Origin: an uncultured Clostridia bacterium
GTDB lineage: Bacteria > Bacillota > Clostridia > Oscillospirales > Ruminococcaceae
NCBI GenBank assembly: GCA_944386285.1
Contig: CALXAM010000084.1
Coordinates: 5,572 to 69,571, forward strand
Direction of reading: 5' to 3'
Length of the DNA: 64,000 bases
The position numbers were made by a program, and so were the translations under genes. Positions within the stretch are counted from its first letter, which is position 1. Every line of letters starts with the position of its first letter. The notes under the pieces were generated by a model, which saw nothing but the letters and a program-made list of their open reading frames with translations, made no database searches and was not told where the DNA came from. Of the stretch, positions 45,230-55,182 are shown piece after piece.

Positions 45230-45782
45230 ATCGATTGTTAAACCGACGCTGACACTGACCTTGATTGCTGTCATTGTGGGCGCACTGCTTGCACTCACGT
45301 ATCAGCTGACCGGTGTCGGCAACGCGTCCACCGGCATTGCGGCAGACAAGCTTGCCGAATATCAGCCGACGGTTCTGCCTTCTGCATCGAAGCTTGTGCA
45401 GGCGAATGTGACCTCTGAAACCGCAGGTTTTTTGGGTGCATATGTGGATGAAGGCGGTACCGGCTGTGCAATTAACATCAGCGCAAAAGGCTATCACGGA
45501 AACGACAGCTTAAACTTGCTCATCGGCTTTGATCAAAACGGCGCGATTGCCGGTATTTATGCGATTTCCACACAGGAAACACCGGGTGTTGGCACCAAAG
45601 CAACGGAGCCTGATTATCTTTCGGCATATATCGGAAAAACCGCACCGGTCACCGTCGCAAAAGACGGCAGCGGTGATATCGACGCGATTGCAAACGCGAC
45701 GATTTCTTCCAATGCGGTCGGCGATGCAGTCAATCAGGCGTTTGCCATCTATGAAGAACTGAAAGGGGAGCTTGGACTGTGA
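45222..45782 (+). CDS. rnfG: Rnf complex subunit G (FMN-binding)
   Basis: The start was trimmed to ATG 45222 with a GGAGGG SD. An N-terminal TM is followed by an FMN_bind domain with the motif IDAIANATISS. Confidence 0.9.
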   Translation: MYKSIVKPTLTLTLIAVIVGALLALTYQLTGVGNASTGIAADKLAEYQPTVLPSASKLVQANVTSETAGFLGAYVDEGGTGCAINISAKGYHGNDSLNLLIGFDQNGAIAGIYAISTQETPGVGTKATEPDYLSAYIGKTAPVTVAKDGSGDIDAIANATISSNAVGDAVNQAFAIYEELKGELGL

Positions 45783-46444
45783 GTTATTTAAAGACCTTCA
45801 CCAAAGGCATTATTAAAGAGAATCCGGTTCTTGTGATGCTTTTGGGTACCTGTCCGACGCTTGCGGTCACAACGCTCGCCGTCAACGGACTTGGCATGGG
45901 ACTGGCAACCACATTCGTGCTTGTCTGTTCCAATATCGTTATTTCGCTTTTAAAGAATGTCATTCCCAAAGAAGTGCGCTTGCCTTCGTTCATCGTGATT
46001 ATCGCAGGCTTCGTCACATTCGTAAGCTTTATGCTGCAAAGCTATCTTCCGGATCTTTACAGTGCACTCGGCGTGTTCTTGTCGCTGATTACCGTAAACT
46101 GCATTATTTTGGGCCGTGCGGAAATGTTCGCAAGCAAAAATAATGTCGTTGCGTCCGCACTCGACGGACTTGGCATGGGCGTTGGTTTCACGTTTGCACT
46201 GCTGTGCATCGGTATCATCCGTGAACTGCTCGGAAGCGGCAGCTTTTTCGGCATTTCATTGGGCGACTGGTTTGAGCCGATCGGATTTTTCGCACAGTCT
46301 GCCGGCGGTTTCTTTGTGTTCGGCGTTGTCATTGCTGTGGTGAATGTCATTTCCCATTATAAAATTTCGAAGAAAAAAATCGGATGTGCAAACTGTCCGA
46401 ATGCCGCTGCCTGCGGTGCGAAAGAGGAGGGCGCTGAAGCATGA
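45779..46444 (+). CDS. rnfE: Rnf complex subunit E
   Basis: This is a polytopic RnfA/E-family protein in the conserved rnfCDGEAB order. The GTG start overlaps the rnfG stop. Confidence 0.9.
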   Translation: MSYLKTFTKGIIKENPVLVMLLGTCPTLAVTTLAVNGLGMGLATTFVLVCSNIVISLLKNVIPKEVRLPSFIVIIAGFVTFVSFMLQSYLPDLYSALGVFLSLITVNCIILGRAEMFASKNNVVASALDGLGMGVGFTFALLCIGIIRELLGSGSFFGISLGDWFEPIGFFAQSAGGFFVFGVVIAVVNVISHYKISKKKIGCANCPNAAACGAKEEGAEA

Positions 46445-47031
46445 AAGAATTGATGATTATTTTGTTCAGTGCAATCCTTGTCGAAAACTTTGTATTGAAC
46501 AAGTTTATGGGCATCTGCCCGTTCTTGGGTGTTTCCAAAAAAATGAGCTCGGCGCTCGGCATGAGTGCGGCGGTTACGTTTGTCATGCTTATGGCAACGG
46601 CACTCACGTATCCGATCTACAAACTGCTGCTCGAGCCGTTCTCGCTCGATTATCTGCGGGTTGTCGTTTTCATTTTGATTATCGCGCTGTTTGTACAGCT
46701 GACAGAAATCATTATTAAACGCTTTGTTCCGCCGCTTTACCATTCACTCGGTGTGTATCTGCCGCTCATTACTACAAACTGTGCCGTCCTCGGTGTAACG
46801 ATTCTGAATATCGACAACACCTATACGTTTGCGCAGTCGATGTTCAATTCACTGGGCGCAGGTGTCGGTTTTGCATTGGCACTTGTGATCTTTGCCGGCG
46901 TGCGCGAGCGTGTGGATGCGGCTGATCTGCCGAAAGCGTTCAAAGGCATTCCGGCAACGCTGATTGCCGCATCGATCGTTTCGCTTTCCTTCGTAGGATT
47001 CAGCGGAATTGTCGAGGGTATCTTCAAATAA
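46441..47031 (+). CDS. rnfA: Rnf complex subunit A
   Basis: This is a polytopic RnfA/E-family protein whose start overlaps the rnfE stop (ATGA). Confidence 0.9.
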   Translation: MKELMIILFSAILVENFVLNKFMGICPFLGVSKKMSSALGMSAAVTFVMLMATALTYPIYKLLLEPFSLDYLRVVVFILIIALFVQLTEIIIKRFVPPLYHSLGVYLPLITTNCAVLGVTILNIDNTYTFAQSMFNSLGAGVGFALALVIFAGVRERVDAADLPKAFKGIPATLIAASIVSLSFVGFSGIVEGIFK

Positions 47032-47049
47032 GGAAAGGAGAATGTGCAA

Positions 47050-47847
47050 ATGACAGTTTGGGATATTTTGATTCCGGTATTTATTTTTATCGGTCTCGGT
47101 GTGTTTGCCGGTCTTCTTCTTTCCGTGTTTTCGAAAATTTTCGCTGTGAAAACAGACGAAAAGGTGGAAGAGGTTGTAGCTGCACTGCCGGGTTTAAACT
47201 GCGGCGTCTGCGGCTTTTCCGGATGTGAAAACTACGCGCAGAACATTGTGCACGGCGGTGCGAAAACAAACCGCTGTGTACCGGGCGGCGACGAAGCGGC
47301 AAAGAAAATCAGTGCGATTATGGGCACTGCATTTGAAGATGTGACCGAGTGTGTTGCGTTTGTCGCATGTGAAGGCAAAGTACCGGAAAACACGTCCGAT
47401 CTTTACACCTATGACGGCGAGCAGTCGTGCGCGGCATGCAGCCTTTACTATAAAGGCAAGGGTGTCTGCAACTATGGTTGTCTTGGATACGGCGACTGTG
47501 CAAACGTATGTAACTTCGGTGCGATTTCGCTTGACAGCGGTGTTGCGAAAGTTGATCCGACAAAATGCACCGGATGTACGATGTGCACCAAAGCTTGCCC
47601 GAACGGACTGTTAAAAATCCGTGAGCTCGCAAAACACGTTGTGGTCACCTGCGCAAGCTGTAGTGGCGGCAAACAGACGATTGCCAACTGCAAACACGGC
47701 TGCATCGGCTGTAAAAAATGCGAAAAGACATGTCCGAACGGTGCAATCACTGTGACCAATCAGGTGGCGTCGATCGACAGCGCACTTTGCACGAACTGCA
47801 AAGCCTGTATGGAAGTTTGTCCGCGCGGTTGTATTGTGGAATTATAA
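47050..47847 (+). CDS. rnfB: Rnf complex subunit B (polyferredoxin)
   Basis: ATG 47050 lies 9 nt after the GGAG SD; the track start GTG 47044 is too close. The protein has an N-terminal TM, CGxCGxxGC and several CxxCxxCxxxCP ferredoxin motifs. Confidence 0.92.
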   Translation: MTVWDILIPVFIFIGLGVFAGLLLSVFSKIFAVKTDEKVEEVVAALPGLNCGVCGFSGCENYAQNIVHGGAKTNRCVPGGDEAAKKISAIMGTAFEDVTECVAFVACEGKVPENTSDLYTYDGEQSCAACSLYYKGKGVCNYGCLGYGDCANVCNFGAISLDSGVAKVDPTKCTGCTMCTKACPNGLLKIRELAKHVVVTCASCSGGKQTIANCKHGCIGCKKCEKTCPNGAITVTNQVASIDSALCTNCKACMEVCPRGCIVEL

Positions 47848-47855
47848 TATGAGAA

Positions 47856-47884
47856 AGAGCGTGTGAACTCACACGCTCTTTTTT
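47856..47884 (+). terminator. Rho-independent terminator after rnfB
   Basis: A 10-bp stem (agagcgtgtg with cacacgctct) has a 4-nt loop and is followed by TTTTT. Confidence 0.85.
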
Positions 47885-47903
47885 AAAAAAGGAGGAAACG
47901 GCT

Positions 47904-48377
47904 ATGATGCGAATCGGTCATGGATATGATGTGCACAAGCTCGCGGAAAACCGGAAGCTTATATTAGGCGGTGTGGATATTCCGCATACCGTCGGACTGT
48001 TAGGACATTCCGATGCGGACGTGGTGACACACGCAGTGATGGATGCGCTGCTTGGTGCGGCGGCGCTTGGCGATATCGGACAACATTTTCCGGATACCGA
48101 CGAAGCGTACCGCGGTGCGGACAGCTTAAAACTGTTAGATGCTGTGTGCAAAAAAATTAAGAATAAAGGGTATCAAATTTCGAATATCGACGCGACAATC
48201 ATCGCGCAGGCGCCAAAGCTTTCGCCGTTTATTCCGAAGATGAAAGAGAATCTTGCACGTATCTGCGGGATCGATCCGGATTGTGTGAACGTAAAGGCAA
48301 CCACCGAAGAACATCTTGGATTTACCGGCGAAAAATTAGGCATTTCCGCTCATGCGGTCTGCTTACTCTTTACCTAA
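47904..48377 (+). CDS. ispF: 2-C-methyl-D-erythritol 2,4-cyclodiphosphate synthase
   Basis: Seen: [12 protein letters not shown]...GHSDADV...DIG, in a 157-aa protein. Confidence 0.95.
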   Translation: MMRIGHGYDVHKLAENRKLILGGVDIPHTVGLLGHSDADVVTHAVMDALLGAAALGDIGQHFPDTDEAYRGADSLKLLDAVCKKIKNKGYQISNIDATIIAQAPKLSPFIPKMKENLARICGIDPDCVNVKATTEEHLGFTGEKLGISAHAVCLLFT

Positions 48378-48465
48378 AGAAAAAATGAACGTTCCGTCTT
48401 CTGCTTTGCATAGAATGGTGCAAAGCAGGAGGCGGATTTTTTTCGCAAAAGAAAGGGGAATTTTT

Positions 48466-48681
48466 ATGAGACAGGAGCGCATTTTCATGGTACAATCGGT
48501 CACCTATGCCTATCGTGCGCGGGATGTATTGTTCCGGGCGGGGATTCGTGCAACGGTCACACGTGTGCCGCATGATCTGCGGGACGGCGGATGCGGCTAT
48601 GGGGTACGCACTGCTGCAAACGAAGCGGATGCCGTTCGGATTCTTTCGCAGAATGGGATCAAGGTGAAACGTGTGATTTGA
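48466..48681 (+). CDS. DUF3343 domain protein (putative Se/S carrier-like)
   Basis: The small protein has the pattern ...YRARDVLFRAGIRATVTRVPHDLRDGGCGYGVR...AVRILSQNGIKVK with a single conserved-looking Cys. The start is either ATG 48466 or ATG 48487; both have SD-like sequences. Confidence 0.6.
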   Translation: MRQERIFMVQSVTYAYRARDVLFRAGIRATVTRVPHDLRDGGCGYGVRTAANEADAVRILSQNGIKVKRVI

Positions 48682-48696
48682 CGGAGGAATCGGTAA

Positions 48697-49833
48697 ATGA
48701 TCTATTTTGACAATGCGGCCACCACGTTTCCGAAGCCGCTCGCCGTATCGCAGATGCTTACAAAAGCGTCCATGCAATACGGCGGGAATCCGGGACGCGG
48801 CGGTCATTCTTTTTCTGTTTTAGCAGGCGAGCAGGTTTATCGCACACGCGAGGCGGCGGCTTCCTTTTTTCATACGGTACCCGAGCGTGTGATCTTTACA
48901 AATAACTGCACCACTGCACTCAATATTGCAATCAAAGGACTGGTGAAAGAGAACGGGCATATCGTGATTTCAGATCTTGAACACAACGCAGTCTATCGTC
49001 CGGTGCACAAGCTCAGTCAAGAGGGAATCGCCGAATATACGATTGTCAAAACGTATGACGATGACGACCAAAAGACAGTACGGTCGTTTTCAGATGCAAT
49101 CCGGGAGGATACCTGCCTTGTGGTATGTACCCACGCCTCCAATGTGAGCGGCCATATCCTTCCGGTCAGTGAGATCGGTGCATTGTGCAAACGAAGAAAG
49201 ATTCCGTTTGTCATTGATGCGGCACAGAGTGCCGGCGTTGTTCCGATCGACTTTTCAAAGACGGGTGCTTGCGCGGTATGCGTTCCCGGACATAAAGGAC
49301 TGTATGGGCCGGCAGGTACCGGTATGCTGCTGCTTTATGACGATCGCCTGCTTCAGACGATGATTGAGGGCGGTACAGGAAGTGTGTCAAGCGAAGCGGA
49401 AATGCCTGACTTCTATCCCGACCGGCTGGAAGCAGGAACACTCAATACATCGGGGGTTTTAGCACTCGCAAAAGGAATCCAGTTTGTGCGTAAGAACACA
49501 CCGACACGTCTATTTTCACATGAAGAATCACTTTGTCGGTTTGTGCGGGAACATTTCAGTCGGATGCCGCATGTATTTGTCTGCCCGCAGGGTAAAAATC
49601 ATGTGCCGATCGTTTCGTTCTCTGTCTTATCAAAGCACTCCGAGCAAACAGCTGCGGCGCTAAACCGAATGGGATTCGCACTGCGCGGCGGACTGCACTG
49701 CGCGCCGCTTGCACACACGCATTACGGGACGATGGAAAATGGATTGGTGCGGTTTGCGCCGTCTGCATTTAATACATTGGACGAATGCAGATGGTTTGTA
49801 AACGCAGTATATCAGTATCAAAAAGGAAAATGA
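48697..49833 (+). CDS. Aminotransferase class V-fold PLP enzyme, cysteine desulfurase / selenocysteine lyase-like
   Basis: Seen: IYFDNAATT, the PLP-Lys context VPGHKGLYGP and the C-terminal catalytic-Cys context LRGGLHCAPLAH. Confidence 0.85.
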   Translation: MIYFDNAATTFPKPLAVSQMLTKASMQYGGNPGRGGHSFSVLAGEQVYRTREAAASFFHTVPERVIFTNNCTTALNIAIKGLVKENGHIVISDLEHNAVYRPVHKLSQEGIAEYTIVKTYDDDDQKTVRSFSDAIREDTCLVVCTHASNVSGHILPVSEIGALCKRRKIPFVIDAAQSAGVVPIDFSKTGACAVCVPGHKGLYGPAGTGMLLLYDDRLLQTMIEGGTGSVSSEAEMPDFYPDRLEAGTLNTSGVLALAKGIQFVRKNTPTRLFSHEESLCRFVREHFSRMPHVFVCPQGKNHVPIVSFSVLSKHSEQTAAALNRMGFALRGGLHCAPLAHTHYGTMENGLVRFAPSAFNTLDECRWFVNAVYQYQKGK

Positions 49834-50008
49834 CGGTTCGTTTCACTCTGTTTCACTGTGCAAATGCGGTCAGTTTTTGTGTCAAATTTTGACCTTTCTT
49901 TTTTTGCATTTAGCAGGTATTATATAAGTGAAATCTATTTTGCAGCAGCGTCTGGATCGGAAAAAGAATACGCTGCGGCGATTTTTCTCATCAAAGGAAT
50001 GAACAAAT

Positions 50009-51568
50009 ATGAATGAAACAGAGAAGACAGTAGCGTATCCGTCTGCGGCATATTTTCTTCAAAAGGCCAATTTACTCACTCCAACGCTTCAGCGTGTGGA
50101 TGTGCATCCGGTTTCCTTGATTGAGCTGTATCAGGGAACAGAAGACTGGGCGTTTCGTGAACAGGCGCCGATCGGTCAGCTGTTTACAAGGACCTTTCAA
50201 AAAGGCGATCGTGTCTTGATCGATTTCGGAACCCATTGCGTCGGGTATGTCCATCTATCCATTTCGCCGGTCGGCAGTCCGCCGGATGCGCCGGCATACA
50301 TCAAAGTGAAATTCGGCGAACATCTTTGTGAAATGGCAGAGGACAGCTCTGACTATCACGGAAGTTTAAGTGCCGGCTGGATTCAGGAAGAGTTTGTGCA
50401 TGTGGATGTCATGCCGGCAGAGCTCGATTTAAAACGGCGCTATGCGTTTCGCTTCATGGAAATCGTCATAAAAGACACCTCTCCGAAATATCAAATCAAG
50501 GTGGATCATCTTTCTTGCGAGACTGTTTCAAGCGCTGATATGAACACAGTACCGGTGATTTCCTGCAGTGATCCGCTGTTAAACGAGATTGACCGTGTGT
50601 CTGTAAAGACGATGCACGACTGTATGCAGGAGGTTTTTGAAGACGGTCCGAAACGTGACCGCCGGCTGTGGATCGGCGATCTGCGGCTGCAGGCACTGAC
50701 CAACTACGAAACGTTTCAAAACAACGATCTTGTCAAACGCTGCTTGTATTTATTCGCAGGACTTTGCCAAGAAGACGGCAGAGTCAGCGCCTGCGTGTTT
50801 ACAAAACCGTCGCCGATTACCGATGATACGGTACTGTTTGATTATTCTCTGTTCTTTGTTTCCTGTCTGCACGACTACTATATGCACACCAAGGATTTGG
50901 CGTGTGTAAAAGAACTCTGGGAAACAGCGTGCCGTCAAATTGCGATTGCAAAAACCTATTTGGGAGAGGACGGTGTCCTGCGTGATCGGAGTGACTGGTG
51001 GTGTTTTGTGGACTGGAACGATGCGCTCAATAAGCAGGCAAGCGCACAGGCAATCTTTATTTATGCAGTAAAACAGGCATGCACACTCGCAGATGTGCTT
51101 AAGGATGAAGAGAAAAAACAGGAATTTGAGGAATTGTCCGATACACTCATTGACGGCGCAAAGCATGTGCTGTGGGATGCTTCGAACGGATTCTTTGTAA
51201 GCGGCGCGGAACGTCAGATTTCATGGGCTTCGCAGGTTTGGTTTGTACTGGCGCAGGTGTTTTCTAAAGAGGAAAACGCAGCGCTTTTAAAACGGCTCAT
51301 CCAGAAAAATCCTCCCGTAAAGATGATCACACCGTATCTCTATCATCATTTCATTGAGGCGCTGTGGATCAGCGGAATGCAGACAGAGGCGATTAAACAT
51401 CTCAAATCATACTGGGGCGGCATGATCGCAGACGGCGCGGATTGCTTCTATGAACTATATGATCCGGCGGATAAACTGGCTTCTCCGTATGGCTCACGCA
51501 TCATCAACAGCTATTGCCATGCCTGGAGCGGTACACCGGCTTACTTTATCCGCAAATATTTGTGCTGA
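50009..51568 (+). CDS. Six-hairpin glycosidase, alpha-L-rhamnosidase (GH78)-related, no signal peptide
   Basis: The protein is 519 aa. DRRLWIGDLRLQALTNY and the C-terminal CHAWSGTPAYF resemble the GH78 catalytic (alpha/alpha)6 domain. The context is a rhamnose locus. Confidence 0.6.
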   Translation: MNETEKTVAYPSAAYFLQKANLLTPTLQRVDVHPVSLIELYQGTEDWAFREQAPIGQLFTRTFQKGDRVLIDFGTHCVGYVHLSISPVGSPPDAPAYIKVKFGEHLCEMAEDSSDYHGSLSAGWIQEEFVHVDVMPAELDLKRRYAFRFMEIVIKDTSPKYQIKVDHLSCETVSSADMNTVPVISCSDPLLNEIDRVSVKTMHDCMQEVFEDGPKRDRRLWIGDLRLQALTNYETFQNNDLVKRCLYLFAGLCQEDGRVSACVFTKPSPITDDTVLFDYSLFFVSCLHDYYMHTKDLACVKELWETACRQIAIAKTYLGEDGVLRDRSDWWCFVDWNDALNKQASAQAIFIYAVKQACTLADVLKDEEKKQEFEELSDTLIDGAKHVLWDASNGFFVSGAERQISWASQVWFVLAQVFSKEENAALLKRLIQKNPPVKMITPYLYHHFIEALWISGMQTEAIKHLKSYWGGMIADGADCFYELYDPADKLASPYGSRIINSYCHAWSGTPAYFIRKYLC

Positions 51569-51592
51569 CACGAAAAAGGCAGGCTTTTCGAT

Positions 51593-52552
51593 ATGATTCG
51601 GCAGGAAATTTTAAAGGAACTGCTTCCGTTTACAGCGGAAGAGCTTGAATTTTTAGACGGAAGAAAAACAATCAACCGCGACTTGTACATGAAAGCACAG
51701 GCGAATGTGATAAGCAGCAGTAAACTGCTCACACAGGGCAAACTCATCACCATTCGTCCGCATACACGGTTTGTGCATTTCCCGGAACACACCCACGACT
51801 ATGTCGAAATGGTTTATATGTGCGCGGGCAGTACGACGCATCGGATTAACGGCAGAAAAGTGGTACTCGAAGAAGGCGATTTGCTGCTACTAAGCCAGCA
51901 CGCGCGGCAGGAAGTATTTGTTGCGGGAGAAAAGGATATTGCAGTCAATTTTATTGTGCTGCCCGAGTTTTTTGACAGTACGCTCCGGATGCTCGGAGAG
52001 GAAAATTCGCCATTAAAACAATTTGTTGTGGATTGTCTTTGCGGCGGAAAAGAGACAAAGGAGTTCATGCACTTTAAATTAAACGGCATTCTTCCGGTAC
52101 AGAATCTGATTGAAAATCTCTTGTGGACATTGATTCAGGACATGCCCAACAAGCGCAGCATCAATCAGACGACAATGGGACTCTTATTTTTGCATCTTTT
52201 AAACTATACCGATACGGTTACATACGACAGTGAAAATGAAGAAGCTGTCATCAAAGTGCTTCGGTATATTGAGGGCAACTACCAAAACAGCAGTTTAACA
52301 GAAGCCGCCGCGTTTTTGCACTATGATTTGTCGTGGCTGTCCCGGCAGATCAAGAAAGAAACCGGAAAAACATATACGGAGATTTTGCAGGAAAAGCGGA
52401 TGACAAAGGCGGCGTTTCTCTTAAAAAGCACGAATCTGAATATCGCAGAGATTGCCGCAGCTGTTGGGTATGATAATTTAAGTTACTTTTATCGATTGTT
52501 CTTTCACACCTACGGACTTTCACCGAAAAATTATCGGACAACGTGTGAATAA
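51593..52552 (+). CDS. AraC family transcriptional regulator (cupin sensor + HTH), RhaR/RhaS-like
   Basis: An N-terminal cupin (HTHDYVEMVYMCAG) is joined to a C-terminal AraC HTH (IAEIAAAVGYDNLSYFYRLFFHTYGLSP). Confidence 0.85.
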   Translation: MIRQEILKELLPFTAEELEFLDGRKTINRDLYMKAQANVISSSKLLTQGKLITIRPHTRFVHFPEHTHDYVEMVYMCAGSTTHRINGRKVVLEEGDLLLLSQHARQEVFVAGEKDIAVNFIVLPEFFDSTLRMLGEENSPLKQFVVDCLCGGKETKEFMHFKLNGILPVQNLIENLLWTLIQDMPNKRSINQTTMGLLFLHLLNYTDTVTYDSENEEAVIKVLRYIEGNYQNSSLTEAAAFLHYDLSWLSRQIKKETGKTYTEILQEKRMTKAAFLLKSTNLNIAEIAAAVGYDNLSYFYRLFFHTYGLSPKNYRTTCE

Positions 52553-52570
52553 ACAGCAGGGGGGATTTTT

Positions 52571-53941
52571 TTGAACGGATATCTTGCGGTCGATATCGGT
52601 GCGTCGAGCGGCCGTCATATTTTCGGATGGATGGAAAACGATAAGCTTTTCACTGAGGAAGTATACCGCTTTCAAAACGAGATGAAGCGTGAAAACGGTG
52701 CGCTTGTTTGGGACATGGACGCGCTGTTTGAAGAAGTGTTAAATGGTATTCGCGCATGCAGAGAACAGCACAAAACGCCAAAGACGATCGCGATTGACAC
52801 CTGGGCAGTCGATTACGTGCTGCTAGATGCACAAAACCATCCGATTCTTCCGGTTTATGCGTATCGGGATGCACGCACGAAAGGAGTCCCGCAAGCGGTA
52901 GAAAAGCTCATTTCCATGGACGAGCTGTATCACCGTACCGGCATTCAAAAGCAGAACTTTAATACGATTTATCAACTCTATTGCGATCAACAGGCCGGCC
53001 GGCTTGAAAACGCCGCGCATTTTCTCATGATACCCGAATATCTGTCATACCGATTGACCGGAATATGCACAAAAGAGTATACCAACGCAACGACGACAAA
53101 CCTCGTTTTTGCCGATTCCTGCGAATGGGATGAACAAACAATCAATACGCTTTCGCTTCCGCGTCGTTTGTTTGACCCGCTCAAGATGCCGGGAACTTTG
53201 ATCGGTTCGTTTTCAGAGGAAGTGAAAACAGCGGTCGGGATGGATTGCGATGTTGTTTTTTGTCCTTCTCACGACACCGCCAGTGCGGTTGCCGCATGTC
53301 CGCTCGAAGAAAACACAATCTATCTTTCGTCGGGAACGTGGAGCTTAATCGGCGTGGAAACCAAAACGTGCATTACGAACAAAGAAGCACAGATGCATAA
53401 TTACACAAACGAAGGCGGCATTGATCTTCGGTATCGGTTTTTAAAAAATATCATGGGGATGTGGCTGTTTCAAAATATCAAGCAGAATCTTCACAATGAA
53501 TATTCGTATGATGCCATGATGCAGCTGGCGAAAAGCAGTCAGGTTGTTCACTATTTTGATGTCAATGACCCGGATCTCACAGCGCCCGAAGACATGATCA
53601 CGGTAATCCGAGAAAAACTCGGTGATCGATCACTCCCGCTTGCGGATTTATTAAACTGCGTCTATCATTCATTGGCGGCAGCATATGGACAAGCTGTCGA
53701 TGAACTCGAACAGATCACAGGCCGGCAGTTTGACAGAATCCACGTCATCGGCGGCGGAAGTCGGGACAGCTATCTAAATGAACTTGTTTGCCGGTACACA
53801 AAAAGACGTGTGTTCTCAGGTCCTGTGGAGGCAACTGCAATCGGTAATCTGATGTCGCAGATCATGGCCGATCAAACATTATCATTGGCACAGGCAAGAG
53901 CGGTCGTTTCCCGCTCATTTGATATCAAGGAGGTTTTTTAA
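52571..53941 (+). CDS. rhaB: Rhamnulokinase
   Basis: The FGGY kinase N-terminus LAVDIGASSGR is present in a 456-aa protein. The start is TTG with a GGGGGGA SD, and the gene lies next to rhaA and rhaD. Confidence 0.85.
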   Translation: MNGYLAVDIGASSGRHIFGWMENDKLFTEEVYRFQNEMKRENGALVWDMDALFEEVLNGIRACREQHKTPKTIAIDTWAVDYVLLDAQNHPILPVYAYRDARTKGVPQAVEKLISMDELYHRTGIQKQNFNTIYQLYCDQQAGRLENAAHFLMIPEYLSYRLTGICTKEYTNATTTNLVFADSCEWDEQTINTLSLPRRLFDPLKMPGTLIGSFSEEVKTAVGMDCDVVFCPSHDTASAVAACPLEENTIYLSSGTWSLIGVETKTCITNKEAQMHNYTNEGGIDLRYRFLKNIMGMWLFQNIKQNLHNEYSYDAMMQLAKSSQVVHYFDVNDPDLTAPEDMITVIREKLGDRSLPLADLLNCVYHSLAAAYGQAVDELEQITGRQFDRIHVIGGGSRDSYLNELVCRYTKRRVFSGPVEATAIGNLMSQIMADQTLSLAQARAVVSRSFDIKEVF

Positions 53942-53943
53942 AC

Positions 53944-55182
53944 ATGAATGCGTATGAACGCGCAAAAGAATGGTATGCGTCCTATGGCGTGGATACAGAG
54001 CAGGCACTGAATATGCTGCGTGACATTCCGATTTCCGTTCATTGCGGGCAGGGCGATGACGTCACGGGATTCGACCAGCCACAAAGCTTGTCCGGCGGCA
54101 TTCAGGCAACCGGCAATTATCCGGGAAAGGCAACATCTTACGAAGAACTGATGCAGGACATAGACAAGGCATTTTCACTCATCCCCGGCAGAAAAAAATT
54201 AAATCTTCATGCAAGCTATGCGATTTTCGAAGACGGAGAATTTGCCGACAGAGATCAGATCAAGCCGGTTCATTTTAAAAAATGGGTCGAATATGCCAAA
54301 AAACGGAATCTGGGCATTGATTTTAACCCGACGCTGTTTTCCCATTCCATGGCGGACGATAATCTGACGCTTTCTTCACCCAATCCAGAGGTTCGGAAGT
54401 TTTGGATCAATCACTGCAAACAGTGTATCCGAATCTCCGAATATTTTGCAGAAGAAACCGGGATGCCGTGTGTTATGAACATCTGGATTCCGGACGGATA
54501 TAAAAATACACCGGCTGACCGGCTTGGCCCGCGTGCACGTTTTAAGGAATCATTGGATGAAATTCTGAGCATTCCATATGACAAAACCAAGGTGTATGTA
54601 ACGCTCGAGTCAAAAGTGTTCGGTATCGGACTTGAAAGCTATACGGTCGGTTCCTCGGAATTCTGCTTAAGCTACGCAAAGGAAAAAGGAATCACACCGC
54701 TTTTAGACAACGGTCATTATCATCCGACCGAGCTTGTGAGCGACAAGATTTCATCTCTTTTATTGTTCCATCAAAATCTCGCACTGCATTTGACCCATTC
54801 TGTCCGGTGGGACAGTGATCACGTTGTACTGCTCGATGAGGAAACGATGGAGATCGCACGCGAGATTGTAAGAAGCGGTGCGCTCAATCGTGTATTCATT
54901 GCAACCGATTATTTTGACGCTTCGATCAATCGGATTGCCGCATGGGTACTCGGTGTGCGAAATGTGCAAAAGGCACTGCTGTGTGCGCTGCTTGAGCCGT
55001 CAGCAAAACTGAAAGCATTACAGGAAAGCGGTAATTTTACAAAGCTTATGGTGATGAAAGAGGAACTCAAAACTGCGCCGTTTGGTGACATCTTTGCAGA
55101 ATATCTGCGGCGCGAGCAGGTACCGCTCGATTATTACAAAGAGATTGAAGCATATGAACGAGAGGTTTTGATGGCAAGATGA
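53944..55182 (+). CDS. rhaA: L-rhamnose isomerase
   Basis: The ISVHCGQGDDVTGFD motif corresponds to E. coli RhaA HCWQGDDVSGFE. The length is 412 aa. Confidence 0.92.
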   Translation: MNAYERAKEWYASYGVDTEQALNMLRDIPISVHCGQGDDVTGFDQPQSLSGGIQATGNYPGKATSYEELMQDIDKAFSLIPGRKKLNLHASYAIFEDGEFADRDQIKPVHFKKWVEYAKKRNLGIDFNPTLFSHSMADDNLTLSSPNPEVRKFWINHCKQCIRISEYFAEETGMPCVMNIWIPDGYKNTPADRLGPRARFKESLDEILSIPYDKTKVYVTLESKVFGIGLESYTVGSSEFCLSYAKEKGITPLLDNGHYHPTELVSDKISSLLLFHQNLALHLTHSVRWDSDHVVLLDEETMEIAREIVRSGALNRVFIATDYFDASINRIAAWVLGVRNVQKALLCALLEPSAKLKALQESGNFTKLMVMKEELKTAPFGDIFAEYLRREQVPLDYYKEIEAYEREVLMAR

